From Sphagnum compactum (Eukaryota), in contig OZ234493.1 in assembly GCA_965153455.1 (NCBI GenBank), positions 21,380,213-21,444,212 of the forward strand: DNA of 64,000 nucleotides, in the 5' to 3' direction. The translations under genes were made by a program, and so were the position numbers. The notes under the pieces are model-generated. The model did not search any database. It saw nothing but the letters and a program-made list of their open reading frames with translations, and had not been told where the DNA came from. Positions 14,701-28,560 of this stretch are shown piece by piece. The number at the start of each line of letters is the position of its first letter. Within the stretch, counting starts at the first letter, position 1.

Positions 14701-16560
14701 AGCGTGCCCTTCAGTCCCAACTTTCCGCAACTTCACATTGGTGAACCCTCAAGTGGGTTCCCCCCGGGACCAAGGAGCGCGTCACATCTGATGCAGTTCT
14801 TACTATATGCATATGATTCGTCAAGGAAGGGAAAATGCAAGTAAGGTGGGTTGTTGCTATAAGGCGAAGATCGCGAAGGTGAGCCAGAATAAATAACGCT
14901 CTTCCCAATGGGTCCTCCTATTGTGTACCTATTTTCAACGAAATGATTATGAAATCCCCATGTTGGGAAACCTGAGAAAAAAACAATGAGGATGGGCGTG
15001 TGTAGAATTGTTGAACAAATGGGAAAAGTTAATTTAGAAAATCGGGCAAAAACTGTAACTTTTGAAAAATGGCCAACCATGACATGGAATTGAAGGCGTT
15101 AGAAACATCCTCCTATAACACCACCCAATTTGGGTGTAAATTTAACATCATTCGAATGCTATAAACCATTGCTTCACACTCGGCACGAGTCGCTACACCA
15201 AACTGATGAGGACTAAAATGCTTTGCAAGAATATCCCTTAACTGAATAGTTAAAATGCGGGCAACTAAGTGATAGGTCATCTCACTGATCATGATGGGAC
15301 ATATGTCTCTAAACTGTTTTTCCAATGTTAAAAGTCGATATGCAAAAAGTAAACGTGATATTGAAGGTGGAACTTGACCTCGAGCAATGTGCCCACATAT
15401 TTTGAAAAAGAGGTCAAAGCCACTTGCAGAATCATTTGGGACAAAATAGTCTCGTAAAAGTTCATACACCATACCCAAGGGGCCACTGGAAAAAAGATGT
15501 GGTGAATGAACCAAGGTAAAGACAAATGCCTTTCGATTTAAAGTAACCTCCGTTTCAGGATGGAAATCATCAATGAATGGAGGGAGATCAACCTCAACAA
15601 ATGGGTGGAGAAAGCAAAGGATTCCCGTGGTTTCATTAAATGGGGCTATAGGTGTGCTTAAAGTTAATGTGCGTATTGTTCGAACATATTCCCCTACATG
15701 AGCAAGGGCTCATGTGTGACGAATTTGTGCTAATGGAGGTGGGGTAGGATCTGGAGTCAACTCTAAACATTTGCGAGAAGCTAAAGCAAATGTTTTAATC
15801 ATGTGTTCCTCCTATAATGCCTCCCAGTCACCACCCATGTATTGACATAAATGAATGCGAATCTCTTGGTGGCCTTTCTCACCACCTTATGAAGGAAAGG
15901 ACAAACACCAATAATGGTATAACAAAAAAACATGTCTTGTTGTAACATCATAAGGATTAGATGTTAATCGAAAGAAAGGGGTATGCAAAGCCCACTGAAC
16001 ATCAACTCGAAGCGCATATGGGATATGATGGTAAGAACGAGGACGTGGTAAACCCAAATGAAAAACATCAATGATGTCTATGGATGTAATCTATGTCCAT
16101 GCTAAAAAGGGAGGAGAACATGGCAAAGTTGGGGGCAACACTTCGCTTGAGACAAACAACTATCTATGAGCAATGCATGAAAGTTGGTGTCATGCTAACC
16201 CCCCCCACCGAATAGATGACCGCAAGAAGGACAAGGAACACGAGGTCATGGAGGAGAACATCACATGACAAATACGGGAGAAGCCCTTAGTGGGTGTGGT
16301 GAGTGAAACGAAAAGGGGCTCAACAAACCCAGAGAGGGTGAAGGGATTGGTTGAAGTAAACTAAGAGATGGGAATGATGGGCATATGGATGGAAGCTAGA
16401 GTACATCTAAGCATAGGGGTAAAGCTAACTATTGACTTTATTGGGTGCTTAATTGGGAGGGTTGTGAGAATTGGGATGTTCAACACGCTTCGGGGATGGA
16501 TAACCCACCGAGTTTGCCATGCCTATCCCCGGCTTAGCATATATGGTTTGAAACCAAGAC
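11740..16560 (-). mobile_element. CRE-clade-like non-LTR retrotransposon (RT + zinc finger + restriction-like endonuclease), degenerate and interrupted
   Basis: RT motifs HFSPHQFGVATRAECE...HPNWVVL*EDVSNAFNS (15080-15514). C-terminal Cys/His knuckle (~12300-12420) and RLE-type tail ...DFIPFAIET (~12010-12040). Broken by ~1.8 kb of unrelated sequence at ~13260-15065. Confidence 0.7.
13965..14784 (+). mobile_element. Solo LTR (Ty3/gypsy family), 820 bp, 5-bp TSD CATCT
   Basis: Begins TGTCGCAACC and ends GCGCGTCA. CATCT at 13960-13964 and 14785-14789. GC/CpG-rich relative to flanks. Shares motifs in order with the LTR at 25877. Confidence 0.92.
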
Positions 16561-17789
16561 TTAAACCTCAATCTTGAAAAACCCCCTTTAATCCCTTCAA
16601 ACCCTAAACTATTGCTTCAAAAGAAGTGTACTTACAAACAAAACGAAAAAACAAGAAGACACATTGCAACAAATTCACAAAAACCCAAAGAATGGGTGGG
16701 AATAGCAAGTGGACCTAACTATGGATTCGCCATTGCTCGTGTGTTGCTGCTCAAGGGCCCTACTCGATTGCGTGTTTGCTTTGCCTTGCTCCTATTTCAC
16801 TTTACCTCACACTGTCTACTCAACCTTGCCCTACCCTAAACAATAGTACCACTAGTAATATTGCCACTATTCCTACACTCTCAAACCCTAATAATTCCAC
16901 TAACTACTATTTTCTCAATTGTTGCTACTCCTCTCTCAAACCCTAATAATTCCATTGGCTAGCCAAAGCCTAGGTCTGGGGTCTTGGAAACTGCAGCTTT
17001 CTTCTTCTTCCAAAGCAGCCAACAGCAACTGCAACAGCCAGCAGCAGTCCCTGGAGGACATAGAGAAAAGAAGAAACAAGAACCTCCCAAGGCCAAGCAA
17101 AAAGAGAAAATGTCATCATCGTCTGACTGGCTTCCCAAAAGCCTATCTACTTCTGCTACCCAGCAGCTCATGTGTAGATTGGAGCGCTAAACTTTGCCCC
17201 CGCAGCATAACGGAAGGAAGGAAGGATCCTTTTGATCCTTTTGGTCATGCCAGAAACGTTTCTATCAGTGAACTCCACGTGACTCTAGAATGTAGGGATA
17301 CCAAACTTTGGCCCCATTTCTTTTGTTGTGGCTGAATCACAATGGGCCCAAAAGAGAATTTGTGTCAGCAAGTTAGGCCGAGTCTTTGTGCCATCTACTT
17401 TGAACTTTTAAAACTCCCGAGTCAATGCATGGCAGCAATGAGAGAGAGGGAAAGAAGCACCTTGAGTACCAAACATACACAAAATGCATAAATCAAAGGG
17501 GCTGATGTCCAACTATCATATACTTCACCTTTTGCACTTTAGTTTTAGTAGGGGAGAAACTCACAACAATTTTTTTTTGTCCTCACAGTTTGACTTGGTG
17601 TATGTGGGGGAAGATGTTAAAATCAGCCACATGTCTTTATTGGCCTTGCCTACCAAGGCAAGGATATTGTGTTTTGGTTCACTAGAGAGTATAGTAGCTT
17701 AAGGGATTTTGGCCCCCTAGGTAATAAAAGGTCTCTTTTTATATGAGGATTTTTGAAAGACGATATTTTGGCTTGTGTTGAGTTATGAT

Positions 17790-17936
17790 ATCTTGAAGGA
17801 TTTTGGTTTCTTTTTTTAGACGATTTTTTGAAGATTATAATTTTTGCATGGTGGAATTATATTTGGGTTTTCATAATTCTTCTTCTTTTGCCTTAAGATA
17901 CTTTTTAATGTAAATGGCAAGGCCACAGTGTGACAC
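17790..17936 (+). repeat. Dispersed ~150 bp repeat, copy 1
   Basis: Near-identical to 47918-48069 (tcttgaaggattttggtttc...ttcataattcttcttcttttgccttaagatacttt...aaggccac..tgtgacac). Confidence 0.85.
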
Positions 17937-18292
17937 ACCCCTTGTTTGCAAAGTACTGCCTCCTTCTTTTTTCTCCCTGACTGCCCATTTACCTGAACAA
18001 GATGTGTCTTCTGCTGCTGCTGCTGCCGCCCAAACACATCTTGATGCTTCTCATACACACTTTTGGGGTCCCCTTATGCACTTTTTAGGTCTGCAATGGA
18101 CACCTAGATGTCCACATCTATCTCTTTTGAGAAAAAGTTGAGTTGGGCCAAGGGCAAACAAGGAAAAGAAGAAGCAGGCAGTACTTTTATATTGCTTACA
18201 ATAGAGACATGTCACTGATATAATGTCTTCTAAGTACGTGGTCATCACACTCCCCACACAACCTGCCTTGCACTTTATTATACCTTGTTTTC

Positions 18293-18642
18293 AGGGCTGC
18301 CCCACATAAACAATTGACGCGATCATCTCGCTCACCTGATTGGCTGAGAGGACACGGGTCAGAACCCAAAATCTGTGACCTTCTAGTCATTTCCCACCTA
18401 CTAATCTCTAGAACCCCGCCCTCGTGGATGATATCTGAAAACCCTCTTGCTCTTGGATGACGAATAGGAAATTTCAAAATCAAGCCCTGCCCTCATGGAT
18501 GATATCTCAAAACAAGGTGCAAACATAACAACTAATTGATATGACACTTCACAATAACAAGAGAGTAAACAGGTTGGATGCAAGAATCAACCGGATGATC
18601 ACGTCAATTGTTTATGTCCAGTAACTGGCTTGAGGCCGCCCT
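18293..18642. mobile_element. MITE-like element with terminal inverted repeats
   Basis: AGGGC...CATAAACAATTGACGCGATCATC at left is the reverse complement (1 mismatch) of GATGATCACGTCAATTGTTTATG...GCCCT at right. Internal direct repeat gccctcRtggatgatatct. Confidence 0.75.
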
Positions 18643-19627
18643 AGTCCAAAACCTACCTTGCAAAACCCTCCCCCCGGCCCTCCCCAAAATCTTTTGTAGG
18701 GATAGGAGTGCCTCATATGGAACCAAACATAAAAGACCCTATGCATCCCCAATCTAGCCTTGTGGGTGTTAATGTGACACCTGCATGGTTGTGTTCTAAC
18801 TGAAGATTAACCCCTAAATGCCTCATAAGCCAAAAATGGTTTTTTCTGGAATTTTAAATTAATGCAACTAGCAAAAAGAAAAGGAAATAATTAAATTATG
18901 AAAATTTGGGTCATTTGTAGGGTGATCATAGGCTTCAAATGTCATGCTGACCAAGGAAATTCATGTCAATTTAGGGGGGATTTGTGATGAACATAAAGGA
19001 TGCAACAACCCTTAAGTGGGGGTGGGGTGGGGAAGCACTTATCACAGCTAATCCACCTTATATTCATTATAATTCATGTTTGATGACATTGAATTATGAG
19101 TTGTCCTTCAAAAGTTGCCAAGTGTTTAGGGTTTAACAAACAATTGGAGAATAATGTATCGAACTACGCTAATATTAGTGATTTGTTCCTCTAGCTACGA
19201 GGTTATTAGGTTCAAATATGGTTACATTCATCATATGAAATGTGACACAAATGTTTTTTGGGCTAAATAAAACAGATGAGAACACGTACCATGTAATGCA
19301 ATTTGCACAAAATCATGCAAGGCATTGCATAAGAGTTCAATGAACGGTGTATAACAACCTCCCAACCAAGGAAGAGGGTGCATAAACTTCATGCCAGTGC
19401 ACAAGAGTTCGATTGGAGGTGTCCTGGTTCTCTTTTCATTGATAACAACGGGTCATATGTTGTTAGTTCTTTAAGTTACTAAAAATAAATGAGAGGCAAA
19501 GAGCTGATTTTAAACATGACTAGTGGACCTTTGTGTTGTTGGTTGAAGTGGATCATCTTCAAGGCTCTAAGGGATACACTGTTCAAGAAAACCTCTTCAA
19601 GACTTTAAGGTACATAAGTTATGAAAG

Positions 19628-19898
19628 AATCTTATCGAGTCGATGGTGAATTCAAATGTCATTGGGTCAAGTGTTAAGGTTTGAAATATGAAAGAACAGA
19701 TAAAAGGGTCAATATGATGAAAAAATATTGATTGGTTGCAATGGACCAAGTGTTAATTGCAAAGATGTGAAACAAGTGTGAACAAGACCTCTTATCAACG
19801 CAAGTGTGAACTCAAGCGTCATTGATTCAAGTATTCAAGTTTGGGATGTCAAAGGCCAATTAAAAGGGTCAATATGATTAAGAGGCATTGATTGGTTG
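19628..19898 (+). repeat. Diverged tandem duplication, ~160 bp period
   Basis: tcttatc...gtgaaYtcaa..gtcattg...taaaagggtcaatatgat...attgattggttg occurs twice. Confidence 0.7.
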
Positions 19899-22800
19899 AA
19901 AAAATAATTTCTTAATTTTTAGTTATTTTTTAATTATTAAAATCACTCTAAATTCAAAAAAAAATTTGTTGGTCTAAAAATTGCAAAATGATCATTGGGC
20001 ACACTATTTCATCCAAGGCTTTCCAAAGGTACCCAAAAGTGCAACAAGGAACCCCACAATTTGGGAAGGATAAGGTGTGGTCACAAAACAAACATAATAT
20101 AAATTAATATATAAATTATAGACTTGTGTTGTCAAAATTGTTCATTTTCAAACTTTAAAAACCTGGTGACACATTTTTCAAAAAAGAATGGGGAGTGGTT
20201 GCTACCTTCCACCTCCCAAAACATTAAAAAAACAAAAAAATATTCAAATTTTTTTAAAAAGAAACATAAGATTTAGTAAGGAGCTAGTTCTTGCCTTTCA
20301 CCTCCCAAACATTTAAATAATATTATAATTAAAGTTAAGAATTGCCACTTAACTTTTGGTGGTTGTCTTGAAGCATATTTTGTTCTAACATGGTTATGTG
20401 AAAATCCAACTTTTACACTTGCTAAAGCTTCTACAACATGATAATTAACATGAATCAAATGTACATTTTTTTATGCTTCCATTAAAAAATATGGGTAATC
20501 CGAAATGTGTACATGATTGGAGATATACAAGTGCTAAAAAATTCTTGTAAAAACACGAAATTTTGAATTAAAAATGGAATACTAAAACTCAAGATATTTC
20601 AATTTTCAACTATAAATTCAAATTTTTTCGTAAGGAAAGATTCAATAAATCTTATTGTTAAACACCTCATTTGATGTTTTACTATTTTCTCAAAACATAT
20701 ATCGTATTATGTCAGACTATTTGAATCCATCTCAATTTTTACTCTATAATTAGGATAATGTCTAATTTCAAAAGTTTTTTATTTTTTAAAAAATAATTCA
20801 TGCATATTTTTCAATATAAATCTCATTAAATTCTTTTACAACATGAATAATTAAAATTTTGACAATGATAATGTTGAATATGTTTTAACATTTTAAGTTC
20901 ATTTATAATCTAGAAAAATTATGATTGTGACAATCCAAACTATTTAGTTAATTGTCCTTTCACCCAATGTTCATTGGTTCTTTCAATTGCCAATTTTTTA
21001 TGTAACTAAGACATGTCAATTTTTTTCAAAAACACTAACTTGAACTCATGAACAATTTTGAACATGATTTCTGCAATTAATGTTTTTGATAATGTATGGA
21101 CATCACATGTTGAATTATTTTTGCTTGTTTTAAGTATATTAGATTAGCTTTAAACTTCATCTAATCAATTATTTTTAAAAATTCAATAAACACTAAAGGT
21201 GAGCCATCATTTCCCTAAACCTTTACTTGATGGGTAAATAAATTGGAAACTTTTATATATCCTTATTTGAGGATATATCAAAAAGAACATACCCACTTCA
21301 TGACCTTCTTTTTTCAAGTTGGGACTAAGTTTTCCAAATAATAAGTTTATTTGATAGGTAAATGTATTTCTAACTTTTCATACATGCGGGGTTCAAATTA
21401 GTTTTGACCTTTCAATTGATAGGTCAGTTTAGTTTTCACATTTCTCATAGTATCATTAGTGAAATGGTTTTTGGGTTTGGGGAGTGTTATAAATTTGTTG
21501 AGGCATGCATCTAGCTAGAGGTGTGCATTTGTAGTTTGGTGAACATAATGTGTGTACAACATATGATTGCACATGTTTGAATTTTGCACATTACATAAAA
21601 TTTGTGTGAATGTGTGTTGTATGTGTGAGAGGATGCTTGCGAATCCATGTTGGTTGTTTGAATTTGTTGGCCTTAGTATGTTTGCAATGGTGCACTTGTT
21701 AGTAATATTATTTCTAGCCCATTTTGTTTAGAGTTTTTAATTGAACATTTTGTTTTCTCTTAGTAGTTGATCTATTAAATAACCCTTCCCATTTTTATTA
21801 GTGTTTTTCATTATTGGAGTGCCTTGCCATTGAAGCTTGAGCCCATTGAACCTTTAATGCTCATTTTTGTATGGAAGTAGTTTGGAGTCTATACATTTCA
21901 ATATAAGGTTCATGTAGGGTTCATGTGTTGTGCAATGTGATAGGGTTATGCGTGTGTGTTTTGGGGTGGAACTTGGATCATGAAATATTTGTTTTGTGTT
22001 GATAGAACTAATTTCCTGTTGTGATTGGGAAACTACTCAAAAGAACATTTTTAATGTTAATGGCAATGGAATGCTATGGGTAGGAAGATCATCACAACTC
22101 AATAATTCCTATTACACCTAAAATCTTTTGATCCACATTTATAGACTTTGATTTTGTAAGAGGCCAAAACATTTTCACCTACACTGTCATGTGTTCCATT
22201 TTTTTCACTTATGTTTAGACCTTGCAATGTGCACTTTGGATTCTATGATACTAGTTGTCTTTTGCAACTAGTCTTGTGATTGTATGATTGTGTCCTTCAC
22301 CTATTTAATGGTGCCTTTACAAATGTTTCAAGTTTCATTTGTTTTTCAATGAATTTGGTCAAACATTTTTAAATCACAATCCTCAATGCCTTCCCTTCAT
22401 ATCCCATCTCATTCCCAAGCTAGTTTAAATGCTTAAGTGAAAAAAAGTCTTCATTGAACAAACCTAAGAGGTTTTATTAGAAGTTTAATATGTTTTAAGA
22501 CACTTGGGTGGAAAAATTCTCTTAGGCTAAATTAGTTTGGTCTTACTCTCAAATTATGCAATATTTGTGCATGAATCAATGGAAAAAAAAACTATCATCA
22601 CCCAATTGGTTGGGTACATTACAAAACACATTGGTCATTGGAAGGCCACTATTTCCACTTTTAAATAGTGATTACAAGGGATCGGTACTAACACAACCAT
22701 TCCATCCAGAACAAGAATTCCATCTGTCCAATTTCCACCATTTGGCTTGTGGTTCGGAATTCCTAATTTCAATTTGATGTAATGATTTTGTGTTTCAAAG

Positions 22801-23619
22801 GCATTGCATTCTAGCCCAAAAGTAAAAGAAAATATTTATTCTTACTTGATTGACACATTAAATTGATTTGGCAATGTATTAAAACTTTGAGCAAATAAAG
22901 AATACAAGGATTACAACATGGTTTTAATGTGAAAATAATGGCATGTTTAGACCTTATTTACCCCGAACCATTTTTTCTTTTAGGTAAATGGGCAAACATT
23001 TTCAGGTAGATGCAAGTTAGGGTGTTTCAAAAGTGGCAAGAATCCCAATCCCAAAAGTCCATATTTTAACACTAGAATGGAAAAAATAATTTAAAATTAA
23101 ACCAATGTTGAATGGGCCTTATGTGGTGATTAATCAATTAATAAAATCCATAGGAAAGGATGCCCATTGAGACAATTTTTTGACATACATGTTATGGGGG
23201 GAAAAATATCAATCCAACAAAAAATGACCAAGATAGGGGCTTTTGAAAATAAGGTCCAAAACTGATCATACAAAAGTCCGTTGTTATTTGTTGGTTAAAG
23301 TTTTTGTTGTAATTTTTTTCAATCCATATATTTTTCCCATCATGTATTATATATTGAATCCCTATAAAAAATATTGAGAGAAATCATAATAAAAAATGCC
23401 TTTGAATGTTAATGCAAAACCCAAATTATATTCCATATGTCAACTTTAAAAGTTCATTACTATCTGATTGGTGTATGTTTATTGAATTTCACCTTTGAGT
23501 AAATATTTTTATTCATGTTGGAAATCTTAATCCATAAATATTTTTGTCAAATTAATGATTTTACAATGTGTTTAAGGCATTTGAATAGAGTACATTTTGC
23601 AAAAAGTCCATAAAGACGT

Positions 23620-25040
23620 AAAAGATGAACCACCATAACTTGCATCTACCCTTCATAATGATGATGAAGCAATCAATGGAGGACTTGTGGAAAAAAGTCA
23701 AGTCACATTTCCAATTCAAGGACTACTTTGGTACAAATAAAATTGGTCATATGCTTTGAAGGGAGATAAACTTTTGAAGGAGTATCACAATGGATTACTT
23801 GTGGGAAATGGTGATGCAAAGTGCATCACAACACTTTTAAAAAAGAATTATTATTGGCTTAACTTGAAGGATAATGCCAAAAGAGTATGTCAAAACTTAT
23901 TTGACATGGCAACAAAATTGAACAATTTTTAGGAAGCAAGCAAGATTATTGTAAGTTCCTCTTATTCCAAATAGGCCTTGGGAAAGCGTGTCCATGGACT
24001 TCATGGTGAGCCTCCCACCTTCAAAGGGATTTAATGCATGATAATGGTCATAGTGAATAGCTTGAAGAAGATGGCTCATTTCATTCCAATTGTGGAGTAC
24101 TTTGGCTTAGGAAATGAGAGGAATTTTTTTTGCATGTGTTTAAACACCATGGCCCTCCAAAGGATATTATTTTTGATCATGATTCACAACTCACAAATAA
24201 GTTTTTGGCATGTTTTGTGGAAAAGGGTGAGGACTCAAAATTAATACATATTTTTGACCCCAAAATAATGGGGAACTGAGAGGGTGAATTTAGTCATCCA
24301 ATGAGTTATGTTATAGCATTCCAATAAAATTGGGTATATCACCTTAACATGGTTGAAATAACTTGAAACACTTTGCAATTGGGACATGAACACTTTTCCA
24401 AATGGTGACCACCTAATCACCAAATGTTTTTTGTGACTTGTGTTGTGAATCGATGGCCTCCTAACGATGTGTGTGAGGAAGTTCCAGTGACGATTCAATT
24501 CAATGAGGACAAGAAGTGGTTGTGGGAGTTGGCAAGGCCAACTTTCAAAAGGCACAAATGCAATATAAAGGTTATGCAGACAAATCCCATGCATCACAAA
24601 ATGACCTTTTGAGGAGAGAAACAAAATGTGGTTGAACATAATCATTTTCACTTGCTTCAAAACTTAAATCATAAACTTTTAGGGCCTCATGTAAGATTAT
24701 TCAAACTGTTAAAAAAATAAAATCTTACATTTGTAAATTAGAATTGTTGAAAATTTTAGAACTTCACCCCATATTTCACGTTTTTTCCTTTGAAGCTAGT
24801 CACTTATGATCCCTTTAGGCACAATCGAAAACATGAGTCAAAGCCTCCTTTCAATTAATTCATTGATAATGAATTGAAATTTGAAGTAGAAGTCGTGTTC
24901 AAGTCAAAGCAATTGTTGGGGTATGAATGGGAGTATTTGGTTAAGTAAAAAGGTTACCATGTGATAGAGGTTTCTTGGGTGAACAAGTTTGATTTGGATC
25001 ATGCCCAAGAAGCCATAGAAGCTTTCCACAATTGATTGGC
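23620..25040 (+). mobile_element. Degenerate Ty3/gypsy chromovirus integrase + chromodomain
   Basis: RPWESVSMDFMVSLPPSKGFNA...MVIVNSLKKMAHFIP (~23975-24090), HPIFHV motif (~24765), chromodomain FEVEVVFKSK...EYLVK*KGY...SWV (~24880-24985). Confidence 0.88.
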
Positions 25041-25876
25041 AAAAAAAATAGGAAACTTTAATTGGATCACCTCTCTTTTAAAGTGGAGGAGAAGTTTGCA
25101 TAATCCAAAGGAATTGTACCAAGTTTGAGTTGCATGTAAATAAATCTATGAACTTATAGGAAAATGTTATGATAAACATTTTGAATGCATGCTATAATAA
25201 AGGTTGTAGAAATGACATCAATGAGTTGAAATATTTTGCATATGCTCAAATCAAAATTTGGTTTGTCTTTCAAAACAAGGGGAAACCTTGTTTCTATGAG
25301 AAAAAACAAGAAAGGTGAGCTATGGCAACACAAGTGTATTTCAAATTGCATCCCAAAGGGTAATTGGTTAGTAATAATGCCCATCACAAAACATCATGAC
25401 CTTGTTCATGTACTATGATTACAAGATTAAAGATTACCAAAACTTGGGCATCATTCCTCGTACCTGGATAGGAAAAACCTTTTGGTAGGTTTGATTGGTT
25501 GAGAAGCCACAAAGTAATGAAATGAATCATATCAAATAGATTAGGTCAAGAGCAAGCTTGACTTGAGTTTTCATTTGGGAGGGATTTGAAGTATCTCCTT
25601 CTAAGTGAGGGCTTCATTCATTAAAATATTTTAGGACTTTTAATAAAGCCATGGGAAAGGGTTTTTGAAAGGCCCTTTTTGACCTCGTTGAAAGTTTTTG
25701 GAAACTTGAGGATGCCTAATTTAGTTTGATGCATAGTTCAAATTACAAAAGTCAACATGAGATGGCCATGTGATAAAATGATTCCAATTGGACTTGTGAA
25801 GTCCAAAGGGGATCCGAGTTTCTAAAAAATTTAAGTGTCAATGAGGACATTTACTTCTTTTTCTAGTGGGGGAAAA

Positions 25877-26750
25877 TGTTGCAACCCTAATTTTGGGTTC
25901 AAAACAAAAGCTAAAACATAAGAAACAAAATGGACTAAGAAAGTGGGATGAGACTAAACACACTTTCATAAGTGTGGGAAAATGAGTTTCAATGCTCCCA
26001 AATAGTTTTCCCACTTTGGGAATTAAAGTCCCATGGATCTTGAATATTTGGGAAAACAATGCAAGTAGTATTGAGCCCCCAATAAAATGCTAGAAAGGTC
26101 TTGAAAGACATATTTCAAAAAGGTTTGTATTTTCCATTTGGAGTTGTGGGCTACAAATTATGGTCAATGGTCATATTGGAAGGTTAATTCTTGACCATTA
26201 CAACCCACGAAACAAGGGTCAAATGACTTTCAAATTGAACATGTGATGTGATAATGAAAAGGTCTCTTCAAGGGTCACATAATTGCATTAAAGAGCTCTT
26301 CAATTAGAACTTGTACCTCGGAGTTATGAATTCACAAATCAACAAACTTCATAACTTGATAAAATTAAAAAAAGTTAAGACTCCCTTTTCAAAATCTTGA
26401 ATCCTAGGAGTTTTTGGCAATTTGAAACAACCCCTATTGTTGGTCACAATATATACTATAAGGAGACGAGACATACTAACTCTTCTCCAAGTTTGGGCCA
26501 TGGTGTGTTTTGTGAATTTGGTTCACTCAAGGTTCATCCATGCACCATTTTGGCTCCAACTTCCACTAACCACCTTTTTTGTTGGTTTGTGTAGGTTAAT
26601 TTGACTTTGAATTTTTGCTTATGAGTTTGTCCTAATCCCATCCCGAAGCTCACACCTTAATTTCTCTCTTGGGAGCTAAGAAATCTGCCTTTGATTTATA
26701 TTTTGTTACAAAGGTGGGAATTCAAAGACTTTTTTAACCTTTGAAACATC
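25877..26750 (+). mobile_element. Degenerate 3' LTR of the gypsy element
   Basis: Polypurine tract AGTGGGGGAAAA immediately before TGTTGCAACCCT. Colinear similarity to the solo LTR at 13965-14784. Right end approximate. Confidence 0.75.
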
Positions 26751-27384
26751 TTGCCAAATTTAACTACTACAAATAAAGTGGGTTTAATTCACCACATGTT
26801 TCATTAAACCTTATAGTGAAATCACACCCATTTCATGGGACCAAATTTAACCCCTTGCTTAATGATTGGCAACTAGTTGGTAAACATTTGGTTGGTGAAA
26901 TCACTAACATTTGAACAAACAAGATGACATAAAATATTATTGGTCATATTTTTTATATATTTTCAATTAATAATTTTTAGACATGTTATTAAAATGATAT
27001 ATATACAATGGGTCAATGATGTACATTTAATACATACAATTTTTTTTCTTTATAGACTATAATACAAATTTACATGTTAAAAGTTATTTGATTTTACATA
27101 ATCATGATCTCATCTTCTCTTGTTTCTTAAAAATTCTTTTCATTTTATTGAATGAAAAGGCCTACACAATAAATAAGAATTGGTTTTTAAAAATTATATG
27201 TAAGACTTTTTTTATTTAGTATGGTAGTTTATGTAATTTTCATATTGTAATTAATATATTATCATTTTTTTAGTTTATAATATTTAAAATTAAATATTTT
27301 ATTGTAAACTAAAAATATGTATATAGTTTAAATATTTATAATTATAGGTATTATCAAGTTTCTTGTTTTCTTAATTTTTTCAAA

Positions 27385-27630
27385 TAGGTGGACTAACAAT
27401 TATTAACAAGAGGAGTGAGCCAAATTTGGCCACATGTTAAACAAGAAAGTAGGTCTTTTCAAATTTCTATTTTATATTGACTACTTCCATGAATGCAATG
27501 TCTAAATGTGGCCACTTATCACAATTTTCCCTCAAAATATGGCGAATTTGCAAAAATATTCCCAAAAAAACCCTTTTATTCACATGTGACTTTTTTTGGT
27601 CACCATAATGCAAAAACTCCCCCCAAAATA
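27385..27630 (+). repeat. Short interspersed repeat, copy 1 (related to 59915-60170)
   Basis: acaagaggaRtgagccaaatttggc...caagaaagtag...aaatatggYga shared with the ~59930 copy. Confidence 0.7.
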
Positions 27631-27939
27631 AAGGTTTTGGTTATTATAGTTTGTAGTTTTAATGTAATCACCTTAGAAGGTTATAATAAATAATTAATAG
27701 CTTTGTACATATCAAAATTATAATATATGGATTAATGGTTAATTATAAACTTTTATCCATGATTAAAATAATAATTTCAATAAATTAAAAATTATTACTA
27801 GTGAATTACTTTGATTCAAGTTAGACATGATTGCAATAAAGTGATTGAAATTTCACCCAAGGTGAAATCGCACATCTTGATTCACTTTGAAGACACTTAG
27901 TGAATTTGGTTAGTGAAATGGACGAACCTTTTGTAATAG

Positions 27940-28560
27940 TGTTGGGGTGTGTCACAAAGGTTGCCCAAAACTTTGATTATTGAAATACATTGCCAATTTC
28001 CAAAACATGGGACCATGATAGTCATGGGCATGATTTACATGCAATTGTTTTGGCAACTAAGGTTGGAAAAAGGTCATTCCCACTTCATTAAATTGGTTGT
28101 TATCAAGGCAAAAAAATTAATCCAAGGAAGACCAAAGGAGTTGTGTGCTAACATTGTTGAGCTTTTGACCGTTTGAAAATTTGATGGGTAATCTTTCATT
28201 TTTAGATTTCGTATGGATCATAATGTTGAGCATTTGTGACATGAACATTTTAACCTAAACCTTGTTACCAAAATGTGGTCAAAGATTAATGTTATTTCCA
28301 TCCTGTCACATAAGTTAAGCAAATGTACATGAATTTGGTTGAGATTATCACAATTTATGTTTCAAATTTGTTGAAGATGACAAACATTTGACAATTTCAA
28401 ATTGATGAAGAGCAAGCTATGAAATTGATTGACTAGAAATTTGGATTTTCGTGTTCACATGCTTACATAAAACTCCTCACCTTGTTTAATTCATATTGTA
28501 GTGCAATTACAATATGAAAGAAATTGAAGTTGTTATATCAAGTATATTGGTAGTAGTTAG
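27940..28560 (+). mobile_element. hAT transposase C-terminal (dimerisation) remnant
   Basis: Fragments LVTKMWSKI, LSHKLS, VEDD...F..MKSKL*N*LT resembling the S-V-E-D-E-R-x-F-S...KSKLRNRL motif. Stops and frameshifts. Confidence 0.6.

Noticed and set aside
16880-17335. Telo-box-like motifs, Gln/Ser-rich ORFs and gene-like composition
   Set aside because: No recognisable family or consistent exon chain; could be a decayed 5' gene end but unsupported.
22560-22760. Minus-strand NVPNQLGDDSFFFH resembling an OTU protease motif
   Set aside because: Catalytic Cys absent, immediate stop, and only a short motif in degenerate AT-rich DNA.
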